Shown here: positions 36,290 to 49,302 of the stretch, piece by piece
Layout: each line of letters begins with the position of its first letter
Position numbering within the stretch: position 1 is the first letter of the stretch
Notes under the pieces: generated by a model
Told to the model about the DNA's origin: nothing
Database searches by the model: none
Seen by the model: the letters and a program-made list of their open reading frames with translations, nothing else
Program-made: the position numbers and the translations under genes
Assembly (NCBI RefSeq): GCF_006345805.1
Contig: NC_043012.1
Location: forward strand, 15,810,001-15,874,000
From: Octopus sinensis
Lineage: Eukaryota
Length of the DNA: 64,000 bases
Reading direction: 5' to 3'

Positions 36290-37545
36290 ATTTTAGCGTT
36301 TACATCAAGTGACTAGTACTTTATTTTATCGATCTCGGAAGTATGAACGGCAATGTTGACTTCGGTGGGGTTTGAACTCAGAACATAAAGAGGAAGAGCA
36401 AGTACCGCAAGGCGTTTTCTTCCGACGCTCGTACAGTTCTTCCAGTCCGCCGCTCTTCAAGTATATCACTATCAAGTAATATTTAAGGCAGCCAGCAGGC
36501 AGAATCGTTATCCCCGTAGAAATGCTTAGCGGCGTTTCATCCATCTTCATATTCTGAGTTCAAATTCTGCCGAGGTCAACATTGTCTTTTGTCACATCGG
36601 GGATGATAAAATAAGTGCCAGTCAAGTACAGAGGTCGAGGAAATCGACTTGACCCTCTCACAAACTTGCTGACGTTGTTCCGTAATTTGAAACCAATATA
36701 TACAGGGTGGGTCAAAAGTAAGTAGGCTTTGAAAATTGCTAATATTGGCTCCAAAATTTCGGGCCTTGTACCTTGAGTAGAAAACCTATTACAAGTAAGG
36801 CGGCGAGCTGATAGAATCATTACTACGCATCTTTATATTCTGAATTTCGCCGAGGTTAATTTTACATTTCGTCTTTCCGAGGTTGATAAAATAATACTGA
36901 AGTCGTAATCGACTCTGCCTCTCTCACCAAAATTTCAAGCATTGTGCTTATAGTAGAAAGGAAACTGATATCAAATTTTGACTCACGGCCAGCCATTTGG
37001 GGCTGGTGTAAGTCAATTACATCAACCCCAGAGTTCAACTGGTACTTATTTTGAGGACTCCGAAAGAAGTAAAGGAAAAGTTGACCTCGGAGGAATTTGA
37101 ACTTAGAACGTAAAGATGGACAAAATGTCGCTAAGCATTCACCCGAGCGCGGTTACGATTCTGCCAACTCACGGCCTTAGAAAAGATTATTCAAACTTCT
37201 TTCAAACTTTGGCACAAGACCAATAATTTTGGGGCTGGGTGTAGGTCGTTTATATCAACCCTTGTGTTCAACTGGTACCTATTTATTTGACCTCGACAGG
37301 ATGAAAGGTGGAATTTGAACTCAGAACGCAAAGGCAGACGAAATGCCGTTAAGTATTTGTCTGGCGTGCTAACTATCGTGCAAGTTCGTCGCCTCTTTCA
37401 AATTTCGGTACAAGACCACTAATTTACTCAACTGGTACTTACTTTATCGACCTCGAATATATGAAAGGTGAAGTCGATTTCAGAACGTGAAGACGACAAA
37501 TCGACCCTCAGTATTTTGCTCGACGTGTTAACGAATCTGTCAAAG
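36290..37545. mobile_element. Dense cluster of about 6 old SINE family B copies in mixed orientation
   Basis: Minus about 36290-36470; plus about 36490-36700 and 36797-36950; minus about 36965-37170, 37200-37400 and 37400-37545. Confidence 0.8.
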
Positions 37546-37572
37546 GATATTAATATTATAAGTATATATATA

Positions 37573-37808
37573 CTCTTTTACTCTTTCACTTGTTCCAGTC
37601 AGTTGACTGCAGCCATGCTGGAGCACCGCCTTTAGTCGAGCAAATCTACCTCAGGACTTATTCTTTGTAAGCCTAGTACTTATTCTATCGGTCCATTATG
37701 CCGAACTTCTAAGTTACGGGAACGTAAACACACCACCATCGGTTGTCAAGCGATGTTGGAGGGACAAACACAGATACACAAACACACAGACACACACGCA
37801 CACACACA

Positions 37809-37840
<32 letters not shown>

Positions 37841-38024
37841 TACACACACATATATACATATATACGACAGGCTTCTTTCAGTTTCCGTCTACCAAATCCA
37901 CTCAGAAGGCTTTGGTCGGCCCGAGGCTATAGTAGAAGACACTTGCCCAAAGTACAACGCAGTGGGACTGAACCCGGAACCATGTGGTTGGTAAGCAAGC
38001 TATGTACCACACAGCCACTCCTGC
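37573..38024 (-). mobile_element. SINE family A, full length
   Basis: Reverse complement matches 13261-13676. Confidence 0.94.
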
Positions 38025-38029
38025 ATATA

Positions 38030-38074
<45 letters not shown>

Positions 38075-38417
38075 ATATATATATATGTATATGTATATAT
38101 TATGTATATGTATATATATATGTATATGTATATATATATATGTATATGTATATATACATATATATGTATATATACATATATATGTATATATACATATATA
38201 TGTATATATACATATATATGTATATGTATATACATATTATGTATATACATATATATGTATATTATATATACATATATATATGTATATATCATATATGTAT
38301 ATGTATATATACATATACATATATATGTATATATACATATACATATATATGTATATATACATATACATATATATGTATATATACATATACATATATATGT
38401 ATATATACATATACATA

Positions 38418-38467
<50 letters not shown>

Positions 38468-38674
38468 TATGTATATGTATATATACATATATATGTATAT
38501 GTATATGTATATATACATATATATGTATATGTATATGTACATATAATATGTATATGTATATATACATATATATGTATATATATGTATGTCTAATATACAT
38601 ATATGTATATGTATATATACATGGATATGTATATATACATATATGTATATATACATATATATATATGTATATGT

Positions 38675-38744
<70 letters not shown>

Positions 38745-38800
38745 GTATATGTATATATACATATATATGTATTATATATATGTATATATATATGTATATG

Positions 38801-38873
<73 letters not shown>
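38025..38873. repeat. About 850-bp TA-rich compound satellite with 16- and 22-bp higher-order units
   Basis: (tatatacatatatatg)n and (tatatacatatacatatatatg)n blocks. Confidence 0.93.
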
Positions 38874-38876
<3 letters not shown>

Positions 38877-38927
38877 GGCGAACATGCAGGCCTTGTGCCA
38901 AAAAATTAAATCAATATTACAAGTGTA

Positions 38928-39144
38928 CGAGGGGTGCTGCAAAGTTCCTCTCTTTGGGTAAAAGGAAACACAGGCGGATCTGTTATTATGACTGTATTTA
39001 ACATACTCCCCTCTCATATTCACACACTTATTGCAGCGGTCCTCCTTTAACTCAACCTTCCGAATAAAAGAACTCTGAAGGCTGAACCCCCAGCGAGGTC
39101 TTTCGCGATATCCTTAAGCCCAGGAACTTCTCAGCACTCCTTCG
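38928..39144 (-). mobile_element. Mariner-derived MITE, 217 bp
   Basis: TA|CGAGGGGTGCTGCAAAGTTCC...GGAACTTCTCAGCACTCCTTCG|TA TIRs. Retains the transposase C-terminus [15 protein letters not shown] on the minus strand. Confidence 0.85.
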
Positions 39145-40094
39145 TATATACTGAGAACACCTTATTCGATTGGTTAAACCTGTATCTTCACAATAGGCAT
39201 CCGTAATTATTTCAGAATATTTTCTTTCAAATTTTAAAACAGTTTACAGCATTGGAAAGGCTCAGTAATGGTAACGTAGCAACTGTCTTAGTTTTAGTTA
39301 GTCCCTAGTATATTCTCCGGCATTGGATCAATTAGTTGTGTAGTGGCCTCTGTTAGCATATATTACAAGCTCAGTTCGACAGTAATAGATAGTTTCATTG
39401 CTTCTTTGTGTCATATATTCAGAAACTGAAAGTAATAAAGATCAACCCCACCTCAACCCTCAAAGAAGGCGGTGTCTATTCACACGGTCAAAATATACAG
39501 CAGTCTTAGCACTTCTAGTGATGTGTCCTAATCTGTTGATGAGAAAACATGAGAGGTTTGTTTTGGAAACTTGATGCTGGGCGAGGTTTGTTGTTGCTCT
39601 AAGTGTCTTAATTTATTCTGACTCATGTCCAGATTTGTTAATGGATAATGAATACGAACATGAAAGAATGATGAGGGGAAAAAAAACAATTAGATAGTAG
39701 AATGGAAGGAGATGCTGTCTTTGAAAAAATAAGTGTAAGAGATGAAACTGGAACTGCAAGCTATCTCTTGTGGAAAGACACATTTCTTTCGTTGGAAAGA
39801 GCATGAGATATTAAAAAATTCCAGGATGTAGTATTTGGTCACTAATATTAATTTCTGAGTAAGTTATCTCCTGATACACTTATCTGGTTACCAGTAATGT
39901 CAGTCCTTCACTGGACATGTCGAGGCTGAAATTAGATTGAGATGTAATCTTCAATCAAACATACTTTGTAAACATGTCTGACGCCAGGCAGAAACCCAAA
40001 ACGATGTAATATCTCTGTAATGTTGTACCATTCGGCCAACATTTGTGTTGCGTGTTCGGAAGATATTTGAGTGAGTATTGTCTCGAGTTTGAGA

Positions 40095-40320
40095 ACTCAT
40101 AGGGCCGGTTATCCACTTTCAAAGGCGTTTAAGTGATTGAGATGATGACATTCCGCCTAGATTAAGACGCAAATCCGTCGTAGGATTACTCCTTTACTGC
40201 TGGAGCAAAGTGGAATGAAGTGTAATGCTCAAGAACACAACACTCCGCCCTGTCCAAAAATCGGACACCACAATCTTGCGATCGGGAGCGCAACACCCTA
40301 ACCACTTGTCTGCACACTTC
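40095..40320 (-). mobile_element. Old tRNA-derived SINE family D
   Basis: Reverse strand reads aagtggttagggtgttgcgctcccgatcgcaagattgtgg...gttgtgttcttgagcattacac. Confidence 0.6.
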
Positions 40321-41147
40321 CACTCTTTTGGAAGATATTTCAGATAAAATTTAATAGTTAAGTCATGGATAATGGATAATTTCAGTTGGGAGTTATGACA
40401 TTACAGTATTATGAGAGAACGACTAGTTTATGAAAGGCTTACATCCATAGCAAAACGGTCAGTTCTTCTTAGATGCGTGAAGAACTATAAATATATCATT
40501 TATGCACTCGTAAAATGGCAAGGTTTACTTCAAAGCGCTGGCATCTTAAATGGAATGGTTTTTGGTGACAGCAAAGATCGTCGTTAGGGAAGTCTCAAAG
40601 ACATACTTTGATCAAATGTTTCGGATATTCTTCCTCTGACTGGTGAGTTTGGTGAACGTGTGCAGCAGATTTGAAATGACCGTAGTCGACAAAACGGTTG
40701 TGATTAGATATTTCCTTTTCCGAAACGATGGCCAAATAACACTTTAACTTTGAAGAATGGCCATGTCTTCGGGCAAATGTTATGAAATGTAGTTTGTAGT
40801 GATTGATTTAATGTAGTTGATAAATCTAACTTTTCCATTATAATTCTTCTATTTACATTCTTATTGAATGCTGAAACGTGGTAATCTGAGGTGAATGGCC
40901 TCAGAGTTTAAGGTTCTATTATCTTCTTTCAATGACATATAGCTTCTTTGGGGTGAATTTTATAGTCTTATATTAAAAATCAGTTGAATGTCTGTCAGGA
41001 ATTTGTCAAAAGGTTGATAGTTCGTTACTGTCACTCAATTCATACATAGGCAAGTTTCTTATCTCTCAGTGATTATGTATTCTTTCCAGGAAGAAATTAT
41101 TTTCGAAAAATCATCAGTATTCCCCACCTATCCGGTAGATGTAAATA

Positions 41148-41305
41148 TCGGTTTCAAGTTTTGCCACGAAGCTAGTAATTTCGAAGGAAGGGGTAAGTAG
41201 ATTACATCGACCCCAATGCTCAACTGGAACTTATTTTATCGACCCCGAAGGAAGAAAGGGACAGTCGACCTCGGCTGAATTTGAACTCAGAACGTAAAGA
41301 CGGAC
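41148..41305 (-). mobile_element. SINE family B fragment
   Basis: gattacatcgacccca...cgaccccgaagg...gtcgacctcggc. Confidence 0.85.
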
Positions 41306-41306
41306 G

Positions 41307-41650
41307 GGATCTTTTCTTTTTGATAGCTAGATTTCAACACAATTTCTAGTTAACTAAACACTTTAAAACTTCGTATACTGGTAGAATGTGTCAAAAGAAA
41401 ACATTATTTCACTTGGCTTTTTTGATAAATTTGTAATTCGTTTGTTTAACGTAGTTTAATATATATATAATAACAAAGGGTAAAATTAATTAATTAACTA
41501 GTAATCAATAATTTCATCAAGTAGAATTCGGCATCTTTGTTTTTGTCTGGGAGCCTCTTCTTAAAGTAATGGAAATAGCTAAGGTTCTTTGGCTGCTATT
41601 TCTAAACTTCGGTATGTGGTAAAGCAAATTTTTGCTGAACCCTAATTATA

Positions 41651-41660
<10 letters not shown>
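41307..41660. mobile_element. Composite: GGATC-MITE-like end plus a short relative of the (TA)n-embedded element
   Basis: ggatcttttc...aatttctagttaactaaacactttaaaacttcgtatactggtag matches the MITE end. caaagggtaaaattaattaatt...ggctgctatttctaa matches the 49.3 and 56-57 kb element. Confidence 0.65.
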
Positions 41661-41698
<38 letters not shown>

Positions 41699-41699
<1 letters not shown>

Positions 41700-41834
41700 G
41701 ACGGGCTTCTTTCAATTTCCGTCTACAAAATCCACTCACAAGGCTTTGGTCGGTCCGAGGCTATAGTAGAAGAATGAACCCGTAACCCTGTGGTTCGTAA
41801 GCAAGTTACTTACCACACAGCCACTCCTAAGCCT
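41699..41834 (-). mobile_element. SINE family A 5' part
   Basis: cgacgggcttctttc...aaggctttggtcgg...accacacagccactcct. Confidence 0.88.
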
Positions 41835-42571
41835 GGTGATTACTTTATCAAGTAACACTATAAAATGATAAAAATCCAATGTTAGTATAAATAAGGCTAA
41901 ATATGCTTATATTAATTACTCAAATTATCCACACGTTACATATCAAATTAAAGACTCCAGCATTTATCTCCCCTAAACAGACTGAACTACTCCTGAGTTA
42001 CCTACCTTTGTTTATATTTTATTTTGTGCAAAATGATATTAGGCACAATTCCCTTACAATTTGAAATAAAAAAAAAATTTAAAAAAGAAGCATTTTATGA
42101 AAATGAATTAAATAGCAATTAACTGATATAGAAATTATCTGAGAGTGAAATATCACTCGTTAATTCGATTCATGGACGAAAAATAATATCAAGATTCTAA
42201 GAATTGAAATTGCATTATAGATATTAAGCGATATAGATTTGTAAACACTTTCAGAACGACAACTCTACGTACATATACATAGATACATACATACATACAC
42301 ACACACCTACATACATACACACACACACATACATACATACATACATACATACATACATACATACATACACACATACATACATACATACATACACATAGAC
42401 CTACATACATACATACACACACATACATACATACACACACATACATACATACGTACGTACGTACGTACATACATTCATACATTCATACATACATACATAC
42501 ATACATACATACATACATACATACATACATACATGCATGCATGCATACATGCATACGTACGTACATACATA

Positions 42572-42755
42572 TCGGTTTCAAGGAGGAAACTCGATTACAT
42601 CGACCCCAATCCTCCACTGGTACTTATTTTATCGACCTCAAAAGGATGCAAAGTAAAGTGGACCTCAGCGGAATTTGAACTAAGAATATAAAGATAGCTG
42701 AAATGCCATTTAGCATTTTGCCTCGCATGCTAACGATTCTGCCAGATCGCCGCCC
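42572..42755 (-). mobile_element. Old SINE family B, next to a (TACA)n tract at 42262-42570
   Basis: Core and head gctaacgattctgccagatcgccgcc. Confidence 0.85.
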
Positions 42756-42921
42756 TCATGCACACACACACACACACACACACACATAATAACCTAGTTA
42801 TTAGCCTTAGGCTTCTGGTAGAGATCCGGTTAGTAACTAAATATCTCGTAATCAAACTAAATCATATTAATAATAACAATAATAATATTAATAATAATGA
42901 TTTCTTTATTAACCACTAACA

Positions 42922-43156
42922 CTTGTTGTTGTTGTTGTTGCTCTTCTTCTTCTTCTTCTTCTTCTTTTTCTTCTTCTTTTTCTTCTTCTTCTTTTTCTTC
43001 TTCTTCTTCTTCTTCTTCTTCTTTTTCTTCTTCTTTTTCTTCTTCTTCTTTTTCTCTTCTTCTTCTTCTTCTTCTTCTTCTTCTTTTTCTTCTTTTTCTT
43101 CTTCTTCTTCTTCTTCTTCTTCTTCTTCTTCTTCTTCTTCTTCTTCTTCTTCTTCT
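42922..43156. repeat. (TTG)n/(TTC)n tract = (GAA)n at the 3' end of the R4-like LINE
   Basis: Directly abuts the LINE 3' UTR. Explains the polyK/E/F/S ORFs. Confidence 0.93.
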
Positions 43157-43447
43157 TTATCCTGTGCTTTCACTGCCCTACCGATCACAGCTCTGTGTGC
43201 CTTGGGTATGTGCTGTGGTTTGTTGTGATGCTCTTATTTTTACTGTATTGAAAGTGTTTTACGTAGGATGTGAGCGGTGCCTAGTAATGCTATTTTTTTT
43301 ATGTTATATATATTTTTTTGTGTGAATATTTTTCTATCACACCTATGATAGGATTTGTTTCTGTTTTTAGACTCCACATTCCGGTTACCTCTGTTTCCAG
43401 ATCTTTATATTTTGAAAGTTTCACCATTTCTTTTAGAGAAAAATTGT

Positions 43448-43887
43448 GGATCTTTTAGGTTTGAACAGCAGTTTTTTCTAGCGGTGTCATATGAAATTGT
43501 CACCCATAATTATGACCCTAGTATCGATCTATTGCATTTCAATCTGTTTTAGGGTTAGGGTTTGTTAGGGTTAGTTAGGGTTAGGGTTAGGGTGGGGGGA
43601 AGGGTATCTTTTTTCTTCACAAATGTAAATAAACCCAATCTGTTTCTTAAACGAGGGACATATTCATACGGCACAGAATGTTGTTTACCTCAATGGACGT
43701 CAATGATTGGTTGAAATTTCAGAAATTGAAGAAAAAAACAATAAATATCTTACAAACTATAGAATTTTCTCAATAAAGCCAAGAGAAAAAGATGTTTTAT
43801 AAACACATGCTACCAGTATACGAAGTTTAAAATTTTTTAGTTACCTAGAAATTATGTTAAAAACTGTCGTTCAAACCGAAAAGATCC
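43448..43887. mobile_element. MITE with GGATC termini, 8-bp TSD and internal (TTAGGG)n
   Basis: TIRs ggatcttttaggtttgaacagcagtttt / aaaactgtcgttcaaaccgaaaagatcc. TSD aaaattgt at 43440-43447 and 43888-43895. Splits the R4 ORF at D-D-N. Confidence 0.95.
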
Positions 43888-44666
43888 AAAATTGTCATCT
43901 GTTGGTATTAATACATCGATTAGAAAGCATTTTTTTCTTCGTGATATCTGTCAACTATATCTGGTCTGTTGGCCTTAATTTCTCTATCTGTGTGTATTGG
44001 TATATTCCAGAGTATGGTTGCTTTCTCGTTTTCTGTGGCCTTTTCTGGCATGTGCCTATACCATCTTTTTTCTGTTGTTATTCCAGAGTATTGGAATAGT
44101 TTCCAGTGTATATAGGTCCCAACTCTGTCATGTCTGTGAATATATTCCTTCTTAGCCAGAACTGGGCAGCCAGAGACAATATGATTTATTGTTTCTTGTC
44201 CATCTCTACATATTCTGCAGTTACTTGTATTTCTTTGCATTACATGTTTTTGGTAATTTCTGTTGGGAAAGCTTTGATCTTGTGCTGCAATTAAAAATCC
44301 TTCAGTCTCTGCTTTGAGTCCTGAGCTTCTCAACCATTGCTGGGATTTTTCTTTGTCTATTTCTTTTGCGTTTAGTTTAATCCAGTATTTGCCATGAAGG
44401 GACTTTCCTTGCCATCGTTTTACCATGATTCGTTGCTGCTCCAATTTTAGTTTGGATTTCAGTTGTTTTACAGCTTTTGTTGTTTCCTCTTTTTCTTCAC
44501 AGTTGTTAGGTACTATGATTTCTTTTTAGCATTTGTCAGCTTCCTTAAAGACTGAAACAGTTTTTGTTCTGTTCGTGTTTTGTGACTAATTGTATTAGTT
44601 TTCCTTGCTACTGAAGTAGGTGTTTCTGTAGTCTTATGGAAGTTATTCTGTAATAGTGTTCTAGCT

Positions 44667-45665
44667 TCCTTACCTTTGTCGTAGACAGACGTGTTTTTTT
44701 TGGCGGTGAGTCAAACGTTTTGTCGCACGTGGATAATTTTTCTACTGTTGAATGTTTATTGTTGAATATTTTCGAAATGTTGAACATTGTTGAACTTTGA
44801 AAGCTTTTGTGCTTTTTCCCGGTGACGGGAGAAAGTAATTGTTGAAATATTGAAATTATTAATATTGAACTTATTAATATTACTAATACTGAACTTATTA
44901 AAGCCGTTGTAGGCTTTATTGTCGTGCCCCCCCCCACCAGCGGGGGTGGCATTTGAACTGTTATCCTCATTAAGAGGAAAAAAATATTATAGGTTTCCCG
45001 TTTTTTGGCATAAGCAATTTATTATTGCGAGAAAAATTAAATTTTAGCTATTGTGGCATCCGTCACTAGCGTGGGCGAGATTTGAACTGTTGTCCTCGTT
45101 GTGAGGAAAAAAGAAAAATATTATAGGTTTCCCATTTTTTTGGATTCTATATTTTATTATTGTGTGGAAAAAAATTAATTTCGAACGTTGTAGGCTTTGT
45201 TGCTACGTCTCGCCCCCCAGCAGGGGTGGGATTTGAACTGTTGTCCCCGTTAAGAGAGAAAAAAAAAGGAAAAAATTATAGGTTTCCCTTTTTCTGGGAT
45301 TAAATTGTGTATCATTTATTTCGAACGAATATGTCGGTCGAAATAATCCAAGAAACGAACCAGCTGCATGAGCCAGCAAAAAAGTTCGCGGCAGTAACCG
45401 CTGTATCTTAAGTGGAAGTCAAAAACAGGAAAGAAAAAGCAAGGGTCTACCCTGGTGGTCGGATGCCTATCCTTCAGAGAAGCCATTACAAGTTTCATTT
45501 GTAATGAGCAACGCTTAAGTCAAAAGTTATAAACATATTTATTAAATTATTGTATATTTTAAATTGTAAATATTTAATCACTACAGCTACTTCACCCTTT
45601 TATGTTTGTCTGTTCTTGTTCGTCCCCTCTTTGTAATACCTTCATGGCAAATATTTATGAAATAA
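44667..45665 (+). mobile_element. Unclassified 999-bp insertion with 15-bp TSD and SINE-B-like 3' tail
   Basis: TSD aatagtgttctagct at 44652-44666 and 45666-45680. Three internal 130-150-bp repeats. 45605-45630 matches the SINE B tail at 24/26. Confidence 0.75.
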
Positions 45666-46669
45666 AATAGTGTTCTAGCTGTATAAGGCCTCTACCACCT
45701 TCGATGCATTGTATATTTAACCTTTCTATGTCAGAGTTTGGGTGGTGCATCCTAAATCCTGTCATTATTTCTCTTCTTTTCCTGTCTATTTTGATTAGTT
45801 CATTAAGAATCCAGTAAATAATATTGTAGTTGTAACTTATAACTAAGACGGCTAGAGTGTTGACACCTATTATCTTGTTTTTCGCATTGAACTCTGTTTT
45901 CAGTATTAATCTGACTCGTTTATAGTATTCCTTTTTTATTTTCTCATTCATTTGTGTGTGTTGTATCGTATCTAGTTCATTGATTCCTATGTATTTGTAT
46001 GTTTCGCTTTCATTTGCTTTATTTAGTATGATGTTGCTACTCTTAACTAGTTTTCCTCTTTTCAAGATTGCTTTGGCGCATTTTTCTAAGCCAAATTTCA
46101 TGTACTGTCTGTAGTAATGTTTCCAGTTGTTTATCATTTGTAGCGTACAGTTTTTAGATCATCCACATATAAGAGGAAGAGATGATTGTTTTGCCCTAAC
46201 CGTTGTTTCCATATCCATTTCTAATAAGTATGTCAGATACAGATGTCAGTGCCAAGCAATAAAGGAGGAGTGAGAGCGTTCTCCCTGGAATATTCTTCTT
46301 CCAATGGAGATGGCTTTTGTCTAGAGCGGTAACACTGCCATTTATTCATGGAATGTTTTATATATTTTATGATTATTGGTGCCACCTTGTTCATGGCTAG
46401 TGTTTCTAGGATCCATGTGAGGGAAATACTATCAAAAGCCTTTCAGTAATCAATCCAGGCCATACTGAGGCCTTTTTTCTTTCTGCGGCTCTCTTCAGTT
46501 ATGGCTTTATTGATCAGTAGCTAATCTTTACAGCAGTCTGAGCCCTTGCAGCAACCCTTCTGCTCTTCTGGGAACAAGTTGTTTCTTTCCAGATGTTTGC
46601 TCAATTTCAACGGCCGTAAAGGCTTTGTAAATTGTAGGGAAATAAGTTATCGGTTTATTACAACGTCAA

Positions 46670-48325
46670 CACAACAACAACAATAATAATAATAATAAGA
46701 AGAATAACAATAATGATAATAATAATAATAACTTTTTCATTAACTTTAGATTACGGAAAACATTATGGAAAGTACAGGACAAAACAAAGAATTGTGTGAG
46801 TATGTGTGTGTTGTTGTGAGGGTTTTGCGTGTAGACAAAACTAACAAAATTAAAAAAAAGAAGAAAGAAATCAACAATAGGGAGGATACGTTCGAGGGAT
46901 GCTCATGGAAAAACCCCATAAAAAAACCATGGGGGCCCTGACTTCTGGGGTAGGTGCCTTTTTTCCTTTCCTTTTTTTCCAACTACAGGCGTATGCTTAG
47001 GGGAGGCCCCTTCACTCGCACCATTCTCACCACTTTCATCAAACTTTCAGCAAAGTTGCTTGAAGACAACACTTCCATCTCTGCCCTTATTTTCTTTTTC
47101 AAGTGAAACTTGGAGTTCATCAGGGATTAGTCAAAGGAAAAAGTGTTTGTCTTCAGCCCCTTCAATCTCGTCCACTATACAATCTCTTTCGCCATGGTCA
47201 CCAGGCATATAAAAACAGCTTTTCCTTCTCGATTAAAGGAAAAACGGCGGGGTGATCTTCACAATGGATTCAGTTGACAGCCGGATCCATCCCACACGCG
47301 ACAGCAGGTGTTCGACATAAACCTACATGTCAGTAATGCTAAGGCACTGGATGATTGCATGTAGGACCGTCTCGTCGTCCTGCGCGCATCTCGGACGTCC
47401 TCGGCTGACGGCACTTCCGTGCCTATAAAGTTTTTCTTGAATAAGCAAAGCTCCCCGGTAGCATTGTTAGGGCAGAAAGTTTTGGAAATTATCCATCGAT
47501 TCTGACCTGAAAGTTTTCCGGACAAGAGCGACTAGCTGATCTTCTTCGACACCCAAGGTCTCCCAAAGAACGTCGTCGTGCTTTTCCTCCACTAATCCTC
47601 TATAAAATGCTTAAGTGGACGTTCTGCCTATCGCACTGTGCGCTTAGCAGAGGGATGTGAGCGCTTGAAGACAATTCACTTTCCAAATGCTCCCCACCCC
47701 GATCTCTTTTTACCCAGGACATCAGCTCTGTTAAAGAAACTAGTTGCGGAAATAAGTATCTAGCAAACGGCGACCACACATGTTCATCGTCAAGGAAACA
47801 CTGGAGATGTCGTAGCCTCGGCGCGTATCTGCACAACATCAACCATGGCATGCCCAGGTTACCACTCAGCGGGTACTGGCAGCAGATAGACCACCTGACC
47901 ATCAGGACGCGTCCCTTCCGCAAGAAGCGGAAGAGTATACGATCCAGCGTAACCAGACGGAGGCCAGCACAAAGCCCGACGCTCAAGCGATAGAAGATGA
48001 CGGACGCGGTATACGCACTAGCCACCTCTGCCCGATCTTTCAAGGATAGCTTTCTCTCGGCCCATTTCTGGGTGAGAGTAGTCACCTTGCTCGTTACCTC
48101 GTCCCAGCTTTTGTCCACCTGGAGGTCCGGACCAAACCAGATCCCGAGCAATTTAACCGGCCCGTCCGTTCAGCACCCAATAACGGAGTTGGATGGTACG
48201 GACTTGCTTCTCCAGGTGCCGAGCCGCAAGCCCACTGATATTGCCTGGTTAATTGTTGCCCTTGAAACTGCCTCGTAGTCTATGAGAGCGGTGCCGATCA
48301 TTTCTATGTGTTTATGATCCGGCAC
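46670..48325 (-). mobile_element. Tx1/L1-clade LINE 3' fragment with 3' UTR and (TTA)n-rich tail
   Basis: LLGIWFGPDL..W..RKLSLKDRAEV..SVIFYRL, GNLGMP, zinc-binding CPRCAQDDETVLHAIIQC. Multiple frameshifts. Confidence 0.9.
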
Positions 48326-48349
48326 CAGTCGGCGCTGTGTCTAACACGA

Positions 48350-49247
48350 CCAATCATCTGAAATTTTGACACCTCCTTCGGGTTTGTTGTCCTACATCGC
48401 TCATAAAGTAAATTTGGAGGAACTGTGGTTGTTCATTTGTGGGTAACAGGGAACCAATGAGGGGATAGACTTGCACTCGAACTTTTACGTCGCCGTAAAT
48501 TCATGTTAATCTATCTTTTTAGATGCAGTAAAATATGTCATTTGAAATGCAAAGTTTTATTGTCTGATATTGTTCAGAAAATCCTTTGTCTGGATGGAAG
48601 TGTCTTCTAGAAGATCCATAAGAGGTTGAGAAGGAGCTGGTAGTGCTGGCAATCTTACCTGACCGCCTGAGCAGCAGATACCATTTGTTTCATTTGAAAA
48701 TTTTAAAGTTCTGCAGAAACGACAATTTGTGTTTAGCACACCAATTTGGACAGAGTAATCATTTTTATAAGAATGGGATGGCTCATACCTGAAAGCAGCC
48801 TCAGGAGTTGTGAAGAACGAATTTGTACGTAGTCTGTTTCTGAGGGCTATTTTATCGGACCTCTGTCCAATCATTAAAACAATGATTTAATGATCTAGCA
48901 TTAAGTGCTGCAGCATGCATTCGCTGATCTTGGCCCTTCTCTCTTGAGACTCCGTCTGACGTGCTACAGCATGCCTTTGCAGATCATGAGAAAATCTCAT
49001 CTCGCTTCTCTCTTCAAACTCTCGCCTTCGGGTTTTTATAATCATCCTTGCTTTATACTTGCTTCTAGAGAGATTACGTCTTTTCTTTGGTGGCATATTT
49101 TTTTCAACATAGAAAATAATTATACATTAATCCCTATTTTTGTAAGCAGTTTTATGTATGTAATATGTTTTTCGTTTTGTATGCAGTATCAAGTAACCAA
49201 ATAGAAGCACACGTATATGCCACAATAAATTATTATAGACAAATTTC

Positions 49248-49302
<55 letters not shown>

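Larger units (their letters stand above)
43157..46655 (-). mobile_element. R4/Dong-like RLE LINE, 5'-truncated, intact 3' end, interrupted by two insertions
   Basis: RT: PEEQKG, WIDY*KAFDS, GIFQG, LLYVDDLKLYA, KFGLEKCA, YKYIGI, GGRGLI. CCHC knuckle CRICRDGQETINHIVSGC, RHD, RPDIV, KLSKYKDL, ending IALLGTAHILRKTLSIQ* (stop 43240-43242). Confidence 0.93.

Noticed and set aside
44608-44970. 120-aa ORF
   Set aside because: Chimeric frame: insert sequence fused to the R4 LEHYY segment.
45470-45520. Permuted hammerhead on the minus strand (GAAAC..CTGAAGGA)
   Set aside because: G at A9 and no stem III or stem I hairpins in the required places.
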